Shown piece by piece: positions 9,719 to 17,777 of a stretch of 64,000 bases of DNA. Each line of letters begins with the position of its first letter. The stretch's first letter is position 1. The notes beneath the pieces are model-generated. The model worked only from the letters and a program-made list of their open reading frames with translations. It did no database searches and was not told where the DNA came from. The stretch comes from Betaproteobacteria bacterium (GTDB lineage: Bacteria > Pseudomonadota > Gammaproteobacteria > Burkholderiales > Thiobacillaceae). The stretch covers positions 4,575 through 68,574 of the forward strand of contig JAGUXX010000201.1 in assembly GCA_020061585.1 (NCBI GenBank). Direction: 5' to 3'. The position numbers were made by a program, and so were the translations under genes.

Positions 9719-11794
9719 ATGCCGCGCAAGATACTTGTCACTTCCGCCCTGCCCTACGCCAACGGCAGCATTCACCTGGGTCATCTGGTCGAATACATCC
9801 AGACCGACATCTGGGTGCGTTTCCAGAAAATGCGCGGCCATGACTGTCATTATGTGTGCGCCGACGACACCCACGGCACACCGATCATGTTGCGCGCGGA
9901 GAAGGAAGGCATTACCCCGGAACAACTGGTGGAACGCACCTGGCACGAGCACAAGCGCGACTTCGACGGTTTCCATGTCGATTTCGACAACTACTATTCC
10001 ACCAACACACCGGAGACCCGGCACTACGCCGACACCATCTATACCCGCCTGAAGGCAGCCGGGCTGATTGAAGTACGGGCCATCGAACAGTTCTACGACC
10101 CGGTCAAGGAAATGTTCCTGCCGGATCGCTTCATCAAGGGCGAATGCCCGAAGTGCCACGCCAAGGATCAATACGGCGACAACTGCGAAGCCTGCGGCGC
10201 GGCCTATCAGCCCACCGACCTGATCGAGCCCTACTCGGCGGTGTCCGGCGCCAAACCGGTACGCAAACAATCCGATCATCACTTCTTCAAGTTGTCCGAC
10301 CCGCGTTGCGCCGATTTCCTCAAGCAATGGACCGCCGATCCGGCGCATGTCCAGGCCGAGGCCGCCAACAAGCTGGGCGAATGGCTGGACGCCGGCTTGT
10401 CCGACTGGGACATCTCGCGCGATGCGCCCTACTTCGGTTTCGAAATCCCCGGCGCGCCTGGTAAATACTATTACGTCTGGCTGGATGCGCCGATCGGCTA
10501 CATGGGCAGCTTCCAGAATCTGTGCGACCGCACCGGCCTTGATTTCAACGAATACTGGAAGCCCGATTCGGAAACCGAGCTGTATCACTTCATCGGCAAG
10601 GACATCCTCTACTTCCACACGCTGTTCTGGCCGGCCGAACTCGCGCATGCCGGTTTCCGCACCCCGACCGGCGTGTTCTGCCACGGCTTCCTGACCGTCA
10701 ACGGCCTGAAGATGTCGAAGTCGCGCGGCACCTTCATCACCGCCGAGAGCTATCTCAACCACCTCAACCCGGAATGGCTGCGCTACTACTACGCCGCCAA
10801 GCTGAACGGTTCGATGGAAGACATCGACCTCAACCTGGAAGACTTCGCCGCCCGCGTCAACAGCGATCTGGTCGGTAAATACGTCAATATCGCCAGCCGT
10901 TGCGCGGGGTTCATCAGCAAGCGCTTCGGCGGCAAACTGGGCGCGGTCGACATGAATGCCTGCGCCGAATTCAGCTCGGCATTTGCCGAAGGCGCGATTG
11001 CCGCCAGCTATGAAGAACGCGACTTCGGCCGCGCCCTGCGCGAGATCATGCGTTTGGCCGACGTGGCCAATCAGTACATCGCTGAAAGAAAGCCCTGGGA
11101 AATGGCCAAGCAGGAAGGCCGCGAGGCGGAATTGCATGAAGTATGCTCGACTGCGCTAACGCTGTTCCGCGACCTGACGTTGTACCTGAAACCAGTGTTG
11201 CCCAAGCTGGCTGAGCAGGTCGAGGTTTTCCTCAACATCGCGCCGCTGGCCTGGAACGATATCTGGTCACCCCTGCCCGCCGGCCACGTCATCAACGACT
11301 ACCAGCACCTGATGACCCGCATCGACCCGAAGAAAATCGAAACCATGGTGGAAGAAAACAAACAAAGCCTGGCGCCGACGCCGGAAGTGGCCGCGCCGGC
11401 GCCAATCAAGCATGCCCAGCATCAACAGAACGAGGCCAAGGCCGAAACCGCGGCCTCGCCCTGGGAACCGTTCATCAGCATCGACGACTTCACCAAGGTC
11501 GACTTGCGCATCGCCCGCATCGCCCATGCCGAACATGTTGAAGGCGCCGACAAGCTGCTCAAGTTGACCCTCGATCTGGGCACGGAAACCCGTACCGTGT
11601 TCGCCGGCATCAAATCGGCTTACGCGCCGGAAACGCTGGTCGGGCGACTCACGGTAATGGTCGCCAACCTGGCGCCGCGCAAAATGAAGTTCGGCATGAG
11701 CGAGGGCATGGTCTGCGCCGCCAGTGACGAACGCGGCGGCCCGTTCCTGCTGTCGCCGGACAGCGGCGCGCAACCCGGCATGCGCATCAAGTAA
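9719..11794 (+). CDS. metG: Methionine--tRNA ligase
   Basis: 691 aa with the HIGH motif (ANGSIHLGH), the zinc knuckle CPKC...CEAC, KMSKS, and a C-terminal tRNA-binding (EMAP-like) domain. Confidence 0.95.
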   Translation: MPRKILVTSALPYANGSIHLGHLVEYIQTDIWVRFQKMRGHDCHYVCADDTHGTPIMLRAEKEGITPEQLVERTWHEHKRDFDGFHVDFDNYYSTNTPETRHYADTIYTRLKAAGLIEVRAIEQFYDPVKEMFLPDRFIKGECPKCHAKDQYGDNCEACGAAYQPTDLIEPYSAVSGAKPVRKQSDHHFFKLSDPRCADFLKQWTADPAHVQAEAANKLGEWLDAGLSDWDISRDAPYFGFEIPGAPGKYYYVWLDAPIGYMGSFQNLCDRTGLDFNEYWKPDSETELYHFIGKDILYFHTLFWPAELAHAGFRTPTGVFCHGFLTVNGLKMSKSRGTFITAESYLNHLNPEWLRYYYAAKLNGSMEDIDLNLEDFAARVNSDLVGKYVNIASRCAGFISKRFGGKLGAVDMNACAEFSSAFAEGAIAASYEERDFGRALREIMRLADVANQYIAERKPWEMAKQEGREAELHEVCSTALTLFRDLTLYLKPVLPKLAEQVEVFLNIAPLAWNDIWSPLPAGHVINDYQHLMTRIDPKKIETMVEENKQSLAPTPEVAAPAPIKHAQHQQNEAKAETAASPWEPFISIDDFTKVDLRIARIAHAEHVEGADKLLKLTLDLGTETRTVFAGIKSAYAPETLVGRLTVMVANLAPRKMKFGMSEGMVCAASDERGGPFLLSPDSGAQPGMRIK

Positions 11795-11849
11795 GCGATG
11801 CCTCGAGCCTCGCGCTATCCTTCATCCTGATCCGATACGGGAGCCCATC

Positions 11850-12215
11850 ATGCAAATCACCGTTAGCCAATATGCGCACGCCGCGACCGAGATCAACGTG
11901 GTCGCTCCGCTGGGCCGCATCGACCAGGCCAGCGCCGACGATTTCCTGATGGCGCTGAACCCCATGTTGGCGACCCTGGGACCCGATGCGCCGCCACTGC
12001 TGCTCGACTTCAGCGGTGTCGATTACATCGCCAGCATCGGCTTGCGCGCGCTGATGGTCGCCGCGCGGCAGGCCAAGGCCGGCGGTGGCGGCATCGGCAT
12101 TGCCGCGCTGCAACCGATGGTTCGGGAAGTATTCAGCATCGCCCGGTTCGATCTGGTCATTCCCTGTTTCGACAGCGTCGAATCCGCCGCTCGGGAGTTA
12201 AGCGCATGCAAATAA
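11850..12215 (+). CDS. STAS-domain protein (anti-sigma-factor antagonist, SpoIIAA/RsbV-like)
   Basis: The ATG at 11850 is preceded by ACGGGAG. The sequence MQITVSQ...LLLDFSGVDYIASIGLRALMVAARQAK follows the STAS pattern, with the conserved phosphorylatable Ser context (DYIAS-IGL). Confidence 0.8.
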   Translation: MQITVSQYAHAATEINVVAPLGRIDQASADDFLMALNPMLATLGPDAPPLLLDFSGVDYIASIGLRALMVAARQAKAGGGGIGIAALQPMVREVFSIARFDLVIPCFDSVESAARELSACK

Positions 12216-13177
12216 AATTCTGGGGCACGCGCGGCTCGTTGCCGGTCGCCGCGACCGCCGGCGAAGTCAGGAACAAGATCATCGCGGCGTTGACCGCCGC
12301 CCAGGGTCAGCAATTCGCCGATGCCGCGGCCATCGAGGCGTTTGCCGATCAGTTGCCGTTCGCCGTGCAGGGCAGTTACGGTGGCAATACCGCTTGTGTC
12401 GAACTGACCGGCGCCGCTCAACCTGGCGATCTGGAGCATGTCATCTGCGATCTGGGCAGCGGCTTGCGCCCGCTCGGCCAGTGCAAGATGGCCGAATTCG
12501 GGCCGGGAAAACCGCAGACCTACCATTTTTTCATCTCGCATCTGCACTGGGATCATCTGATGGGCTTGCCATTCTTCGTGCCGATCTACATTCCCGGCAA
12601 TCGCATCGTCATGCACGGCTGCCACCCGAATCTGGAAGCCGCGATCAAGTTGCAGATGTCGGCGCCATGTTTCCCGGTCGAATTCGACCAGATCGGCGCA
12701 ACTGTCGAATTCGATCTGCTTGAACCCGGTCGCGAATACACCATCGCCGGTTTCAAGGTGCGCGCCAAGCTGCAACTGCATGCCGGCGATTCCTATGGTT
12801 ACCGCTTCGAGCAAGCCGGAAAATCGGTGGTCTATTCGACCGATTCGGAACACAAGTTGGACAATCGTGTCGAGCAGAACGCGTTCATCGATTTTTTCCG
12901 GGGCGCCGATCTGGTCATTTTCGACACCATGTACAGCCTGGCCGACGCCATTACGGTCAAAGCGGACTGGGGACATTCGAGCAACATCATCGCGGTCGAA
13001 TTGTGTCAGGAAGCGGGAGTCTGCCGCCTGGCCATGTTCCACCACGAACCCATCCATGACGACGCCAAACTGGCCAGTCTGTACGACGAAACCCGCCGCT
13101 TCGAGGAAATCACCCGCGATGGGCGCGCGCCCTTGCGCATCATTTCTTCCTATGACGGCCTGACCGTGGATTTGTGA
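12206..13177 (+). CDS. MBL-fold metallo-hydrolase (Lactamase_B_2-type; RNase Z / PhnP / class II phosphodiesterase-like)
   Basis: 323 aa with the HxHxDH motif (ISHLHWDHLMG) and downstream His/Asp ligands (DSEH, WGHSS, FHHEP). It overlaps the STAS stop by 10 nt and the phosphatase start by 4 nt. Confidence 0.8.
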   Translation: MQIKFWGTRGSLPVAATAGEVRNKIIAALTAAQGQQFADAAAIEAFADQLPFAVQGSYGGNTACVELTGAAQPGDLEHVICDLGSGLRPLGQCKMAEFGPGKPQTYHFFISHLHWDHLMGLPFFVPIYIPGNRIVMHGCHPNLEAAIKLQMSAPCFPVEFDQIGATVEFDLLEPGREYTIAGFKVRAKLQLHAGDSYGYRFEQAGKSVVYSTDSEHKLDNRVEQNAFIDFFRGADLVIFDTMYSLADAITVKADWGHSSNIIAVELCQEAGVCRLAMFHHEPIHDDAKLASLYDETRRFEEITRDGRAPLRIISSYDGLTVDL

Positions 13178-15339
13178 GCGCGCTGCGGCATCTCCCGCGC
13201 GCCTTGTCGCGCTTCAGCCAGGGACGTCTGGTATCGCTGCTGCTGCTGGTGCTGGCTTGTCTGGCGCTGTATCACATCGAAACCACGCCGTTGGCCAGCC
13301 TGCACGCGGCGCAGTTCGATCGTTACCAGCGACAGATGCCGCGCCAGCGCGACATCCACCCGGTGGTCGTGGTCGGCATCGATAACCTCAGTCTGGCGGA
13401 ATTAGGGCAATGGCCCTGGCCCCGCGATCGCGTCGCCGAACTGATCGAGCGCATCCAGAGCGCCGCGCCGTTGGTGGTCGGGATCGACGTGATGTTCGTC
13501 GAAGCGGATCGGTATAGTCCGGAGGAACTCGGCAAACGCCTGCCGTCGATCGCGCCGGACGTATTGCGAGCCCTGTCCGATCCCGACAGGCGCCTGGCAC
13601 AGGCGCTCGCCGCCGGTCCCAGCGTCATTGCCGTGTCCGGCATCGATCACGCCTTTCCCGGCACCCGGCCACCCGGAAAACCGTTCTATCGGCCGCCGCA
13701 CAACGATCCCAATCTGGCGCATCTGATCCGCTATCCAGCCGGCGTGGCCAGCTTGCCGGTGCTGGAACAGGCCGCCAGCGGCGAAGGCTTCATCAATCCT
13801 TCGCCGGAACGCAAGGATAGCGTTGGCCAACAGCGTGGCGTGTTGCGGCAAGTTCCGGCGGTGGCGATGATCGATCAGGACATGTTCCTGTCATTGCCGT
13901 TGGAAATGGTGCGCGTCGCGTTGGGCGAGGACAACCAGACCGAAGTCGAATTCGGTGCGCACGGCGTATCCCGCATTCATGTCGGTTCCTACAGTCTGCC
14001 GACGCTGCCGAATGGCGAGTTGATGCCGCACTTCGCGGCGATGCGCGACGAGCACTACGTATCCGCCGCCGATGTGCTGGCGGGACGCGTCGATGCGGAT
14101 ATTTTCAACGCCCGTCTGGTGCTGATCGGCTTCAATGTCAGCGGCTTGCAGGATCGCGTGGTCTCGCCATTGGGCGATAGTCTGCCCGGCGCGGAAGTCC
14201 ATGTGCAGGTCATCGAAAGCCTGCTGGCCGGCGCCGCGCTGCAACGACCGCCAGAACTGGCGCAACTGGAAATCGCCGCGCTGGCCTTGAGCGGTCTGCT
14301 GTTGATCGGCGTGATCCCGGCGATGCGACCGCGCTACGCGATCGCCGTGTTCGCCAGTCTGGCCGGATTCTGGATTGTCGGCGGATACGCCGCTTTCCAT
14401 TACGGACGCTGGCTGTTCGACGCCTCGGCCATCGTGCTGTTGTTGACACCGATATTCATCGCCTTGCTGAGCTCAACCTGGATCATCGTCGATGCTCGGC
14501 AACGCGATGCCGAGCGAGCCTTGCAGGCGACGCGCGAGGAAACCGCCCGCTTCAACGGCGAACTGGACGCCGCGCGGCGCATCCAGATGGGCTTATTGCC
14601 CAATCCGACCAGCGACTTCGCCGGCGAAACCCGTTATCAGGTCGCGGCCCTGCTGGAACCGGCGCGCGCGGTGGGCGGCGATTATTACGATTGCTTCGCG
14701 CTCGACACCGCGCGGCTGTGTTTCGCCATTGCCGACGTATCCGGCAAGGGACTGCCGGCCAGTTTGTTCATGGCGGTGGCGAAAACCCTGACCGGCGCGC
14801 TGGCCCGCCGCACCGCTGACCTGGGTCAGGCGATGCGCGAAGTAGAAGCTGAATTGAGTCGGGAAAACCCGGAATGCCTGTTCGTCACCGCGTTTGTCGG
14901 CGTGCTCGACGCCAATACCGGCCAGCTTGATTTTGTCCGCGCCGGCCATGACGCGCCGCTGCTGGCGCGCGCCGGCGAAATCAGCCGGGTTGACGCCGAC
15001 GCCGCCTCGGGTCCGCCGCTGTGCGCGCTGGGCGACTATCCATATCAATCCGGCCGGTTCCAATTGCAAGCGGGCGACACCTTGTGTCTGTTCACCGACG
15101 GCGTCCACGAAGCCAGCAATGGTCGGACACTATTCGGCATGCCACAGCTCATCGAGATATTCGCCGCGCATGCGCCAAAGACGCCGATCGACCAGCAAGT
15201 CATGGCGATACGCGACGCGGTGCGTCGTTTCGAGGACGGTCAACCGGCCGCCGACGACCTGACCCTGCTGCTGCTGCGCTGGAATGGTCCTGAATCAGCG
15301 GCGCTTGATCAACCACCCGCCGCGGTCAGCGCACGCTGA
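13174..15339 (+). CDS. CHASE2 sensor domain / transmembrane / PP2C (SpoIIE-RsbU type) protein phosphatase
   Basis: 721 aa. It has an N-terminal TM helix, a periplasmic region with CHASE2-like motifs (VVVGIDNLSLAELGQWPWPRDRVAELI; GEGFINP), three hydrophobic helices around aa 360-440, and a C-terminal PP2C region (GGDYYDCF, ADVSGKGLPASLFMA, FTDGVHEA, DDLTLLLL). Confidence 0.8.
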   Translation: MSALRHLPRALSRFSQGRLVSLLLLVLACLALYHIETTPLASLHAAQFDRYQRQMPRQRDIHPVVVVGIDNLSLAELGQWPWPRDRVAELIERIQSAAPLVVGIDVMFVEADRYSPEELGKRLPSIAPDVLRALSDPDRRLAQALAAGPSVIAVSGIDHAFPGTRPPGKPFYRPPHNDPNLAHLIRYPAGVASLPVLEQAASGEGFINPSPERKDSVGQQRGVLRQVPAVAMIDQDMFLSLPLEMVRVALGEDNQTEVEFGAHGVSRIHVGSYSLPTLPNGELMPHFAAMRDEHYVSAADVLAGRVDADIFNARLVLIGFNVSGLQDRVVSPLGDSLPGAEVHVQVIESLLAGAALQRPPELAQLEIAALALSGLLLIGVIPAMRPRYAIAVFASLAGFWIVGGYAAFHYGRWLFDASAIVLLLTPIFIALLSSTWIIVDARQRDAERALQATREETARFNGELDAARRIQMGLLPNPTSDFAGETRYQVAALLEPARAVGGDYYDCFALDTARLCFAIADVSGKGLPASLFMAVAKTLTGALARRTADLGQAMREVEAELSRENPECLFVTAFVGVLDANTGQLDFVRAGHDAPLLARAGEISRVDADAASGPPLCALGDYPYQSGRFQLQAGDTLCLFTDGVHEASNGRTLFGMPQLIEIFAAHAPKTPIDQQVMAIRDAVRRFEDGQPAADDLTLLLLRWNGPESAALDQPPAAVSAR

Positions 15340-15922
15340 TTTCCACCCGGCGATTGATCGGATCGGACATGCCATCCGGGGTCGCCACCAGCGGCTCGCG
15401 TTCACCGCGATAGGCGGTCTCGATGACGGCATCCTCGATGCCCTCGGCGAGCAACAGCGCATGCACCGACTCGACGCGGCGCAGCGACAGTGCCTCGTTA
15501 TCCGCGTCGCTGCCGACGCGATCGGTATGGCCGATGATGACAATCTCGGCGGCGGGGCGAATCGCGATTTCCTGTCGCACCTGTTGCAGCAGCGCCAGCG
15601 AATCCGGCAAGGGGATATCGCTCGCGGTATCGAAGTGCAGCATGAAACTGCGCCCGCGCGGCGGTAGCGCGGCCAACGCGGCGGCATAGCGCTGTTTGAC
15701 CTCGGTTTCTAGGGCAGGTTGGGCGCGATGATAGCCACTGCGCTGCACGCTCTCGCCATACGGCCGATCAATCAGCGTCTCGCCCGCGGCATTGCGTATC
15801 ACCACCGCGCTGGGTTTGCCATCCGGTGAAGGCAGCAAAACCACCCGCTCGCTGACGCATCCGGTCAATGCCAGCAGTGCCACGCTCGTCACCAGCCATC
15901 TTAGGCAGGTCACCGGGTGCAT
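15326..15922 (-). CDS. OmpA-family lipoprotein
   Basis: It has a signal peptide with a lipobox (LLALTGC) and a C-terminal OmpA-like peptidoglycan-binding domain (IIGHTDRVGSDADNEALSLRRVESV...NRRVEISV). It is convergent with the phosphatase gene and overlaps it by 14 nt. Confidence 0.8.
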   Translation of the reverse strand: MHPVTCLRWLVTSVALLALTGCVSERVVLLPSPDGKPSAVVIRNAAGETLIDRPYGESVQRSGYHRAQPALETEVKQRYAAALAALPPRGRSFMLHFDTASDIPLPDSLALLQQVRQEIAIRPAAEIVIIGHTDRVGSDADNEALSLRRVESVHALLLAEGIEDAVIETAYRGEREPLVATPDGMSDPINRRVEISVR

Positions 15923-15923
15923 C

Positions 15924-16385
15924 TCAATCCACCTCCACGGTTGGTATCACCTCGATGACGAATTCGGTGCCGCGCACCCCGAGGATCGAGGACGGGGTCA
16001 CGAACTCCACCGATTCCGGCGACTGCTTGGCGATCTTGCCGGTGGCCACTGACAGCGTGCCACGCTTGACACCGACGGATATCGCCCCGGCGTGGGTCTT
16101 GCTGTCGAATTTGAACTTGTCCAGCGTGATCAGGGAATTCGGCCCGGCTGACAACAAGGTGTTGTCCTTCAAGGTGACGCCGACCGAACCATCGGCACCG
16201 GTGCGCAACCGGTCCGCCGCATAGACCCGGGTGCCGGCACGGGCTTCGGTATTGCCCCCGGCCCGCTGAAGGCTTACCTGCCCCTGGCTGATCTTGATCA
16301 TGCCGACGGCATCATTCGCTGTGACGCTGACGCTGACCGCGAAACAGGCGAAAATCCCCATCGTCAACTTTATGGCTGTACGCAT
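15924..16385 (-). CDS. Secreted FecR-domain protein
   Basis: The start is taken at MRTAIKLTMGIFACFAVSVSVTANDA (signal peptide). A FecR-like beta-rich region follows (GQVSLQRAGG...RVYAADRLRTGADGSVGVTLKDNTLLSAGPNSLITLDKF). Confidence 0.7.
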   Translation of the reverse strand: MRTAIKLTMGIFACFAVSVSVTANDAVGMIKISQGQVSLQRAGGNTEARAGTRVYAADRLRTGADGSVGVTLKDNTLLSAGPNSLITLDKFKFDSKTHAGAISVGVKRGTLSVATGKIAKQSPESVEFVTPSSILGVRGTEFVIEVIPTVEVD

Positions 16386-16434
16386 CTTGTCCCCCGCCTC
16401 ATTCATCGATATACCCGATTCTAGGCAAATTTCC

Positions 16435-16836
16435 GTGCCCGCGCGCTTTGCCGCGTTGCCGATGGTCATGGCGTGGATCGAGCGTAGCGCCGGCAACGGT
16501 GGCCTGGATGCCAGCCAGTCAATGCGCATGCAACTGGCCGCCGAGGAATTATTCGTCAACAGCATCCACCATGGCTATGGCGGCGAATCCGATGCCGACA
16601 TCGAACTGGCGTTGGATATCGACAGCGAGCGGGCAACGTTAACCTTCATCGACCACGCCCCGCCATTCAACCTGAATGACGCCGCGCCGCTGTCCGCCAG
16701 CGCGGAACGCATCGGCGGCGTCGGGCTTAATCTGGTGCGCGCGCTGACCAAGGCGATACGCTATCGGCGCGAATTGCACAGCAACGTCACGATGCTGGAT
16801 TTTCCCGCCCCCGCGCAACATCGCCAGACTGAATGA
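16435..16836 (+). CDS. RsbW/SpoIIAB-like anti-sigma serine kinase (HATPase_c)
   Basis: MQLAAEELFVNSIHHGY (N-box-like), LTFIDHAPPFN, and GGVGLNLVRAL (G-box). The start is uncertain: GTG 16435, ATG 16462 or ATG 16372. Confidence 0.65.
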   Translation: MPARFAALPMVMAWIERSAGNGGLDASQSMRMQLAAEELFVNSIHHGYGGESDADIELALDIDSERATLTFIDHAPPFNLNDAAPLSASAERIGGVGLNLVRALTKAIRYRRELHSNVTMLDFPAPAQHRQTE

Positions 16837-16943
16837 AATCATGGTCGGAACCTATTTCCGACAATTTCACTCGGCCTTTACTTTCAGCGTCCGCCCCCCT
16901 ATTCTGACGCAATGCTTTCAGTCTCATTACACTTCTATCAGCT

Positions 16944-17777
16944 ATGTCGATCACCATCAAAAACGCCCAGGAAATCGAAAAAATGCGCATCGCCGGCCGA
17001 TTGGCGTCGGAAGTGCTGGACTACATAACGCCGTTCGTCAAACCCGGCGTCACCACCGGCCAACTCGACAAACTCTGCCACGATTACATGGTCGATGTGC
17101 AAGGCTGCATACCCGCCCCGTTGCACTACGCCCCCCCGGGTCATGCGCCTTACCCCAAGTCGATCTGCACCTCGGTCAACCATCAGGTCTGTCATGGCGT
17201 GCCGGGCGAGAAAAAACTCAAACCCGGCGATGTGGTGAATCTCGACATCACCGTGATCAAGGAAGGCTGGCATGGCGACACCTCGCGCATGTTCTACGTT
17301 GGCGAACCGAATATCCAGGCCCGCCGGCTGACCGAAATCACCTACGAATGCATGTGGAAAGGCATCGCCATGGTGCGCGCCGGCGCGCATCTGGGCGATA
17401 TCGGCGCAGCGATCCAGAAATATGCCGAAATGAATGGCTACACCGTGGTACGCGAATTCTGCGGCCACGGCATCGGCGAAAAATTTCATGAGGAACCGCA
17501 AGTGCTGCACTACGGCAAAGCCGGCAGCGGACCGGTACTGGAAGCCGGGATGATTTTCACCGTCGAACCGATGATCAACGCCGGCCGGAGGGATATCCGC
17601 ATGCTCGGCGACGGCTGGACCGTGGTAACCAAGGATCACGCGTTGTCGGCACAGTGGGAGCATACCGTCCTGGTCACCGAAACCGGCTTCGAGGTACTGA
17701 CGTTGTCCGCCGGATCGCCCGCCATACCGGCGTTCATTACTGCCGCCAACGCCACGCCCGCCGCCGTCATCGCATGA
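16944..17777 (+). CDS. map: Type I methionine aminopeptidase
   Basis: 277 aa, MSITIKNAQEIEKMRIAGRLASEVLD, with metal ligands in DIVNLDITV, GHGIG and FTVEPMI. Confidence 0.95.
   Translation: MSITIKNAQEIEKMRIAGRLASEVLDYITPFVKPGVTTGQLDKLCHDYMVDVQGCIPAPLHYAPPGHAPYPKSICTSVNHQVCHGVPGEKKLKPGDVVNLDITVIKEGWHGDTSRMFYVGEPNIQARRLTEITYECMWKGIAMVRAGAHLGDIGAAIQKYAEMNGYTVVREFCGHGIGEKFHEEPQVLHYGKAGSGPVLEAGMIFTVEPMINAGRRDIRMLGDGWTVVTKDHALSAQWEHTVLVTETGFEVLTLSAGSPAIPAFITAANATPAAVIA

Noticed and set aside
7746-11137. A 566-aa ORF antisense to thrS and a 529-aa ORF antisense to metG
   Set aside because: Both overlap highly conserved aminoacyl-tRNA synthetase genes and show shadow-ORF composition.
12023-13057. 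A 344-aa minus-strand ORF across the MBL-hydrolase gene, and similar antisense ORFs at 16938..18152, 40840..42294 and 46153..47562
   Set aside because: Each lies opposite a gene with clear family motifs (HxHxDH, map/glnD, the C-methyltransferase, rfbH). The antisense products lack motifs and are Arg-rich.
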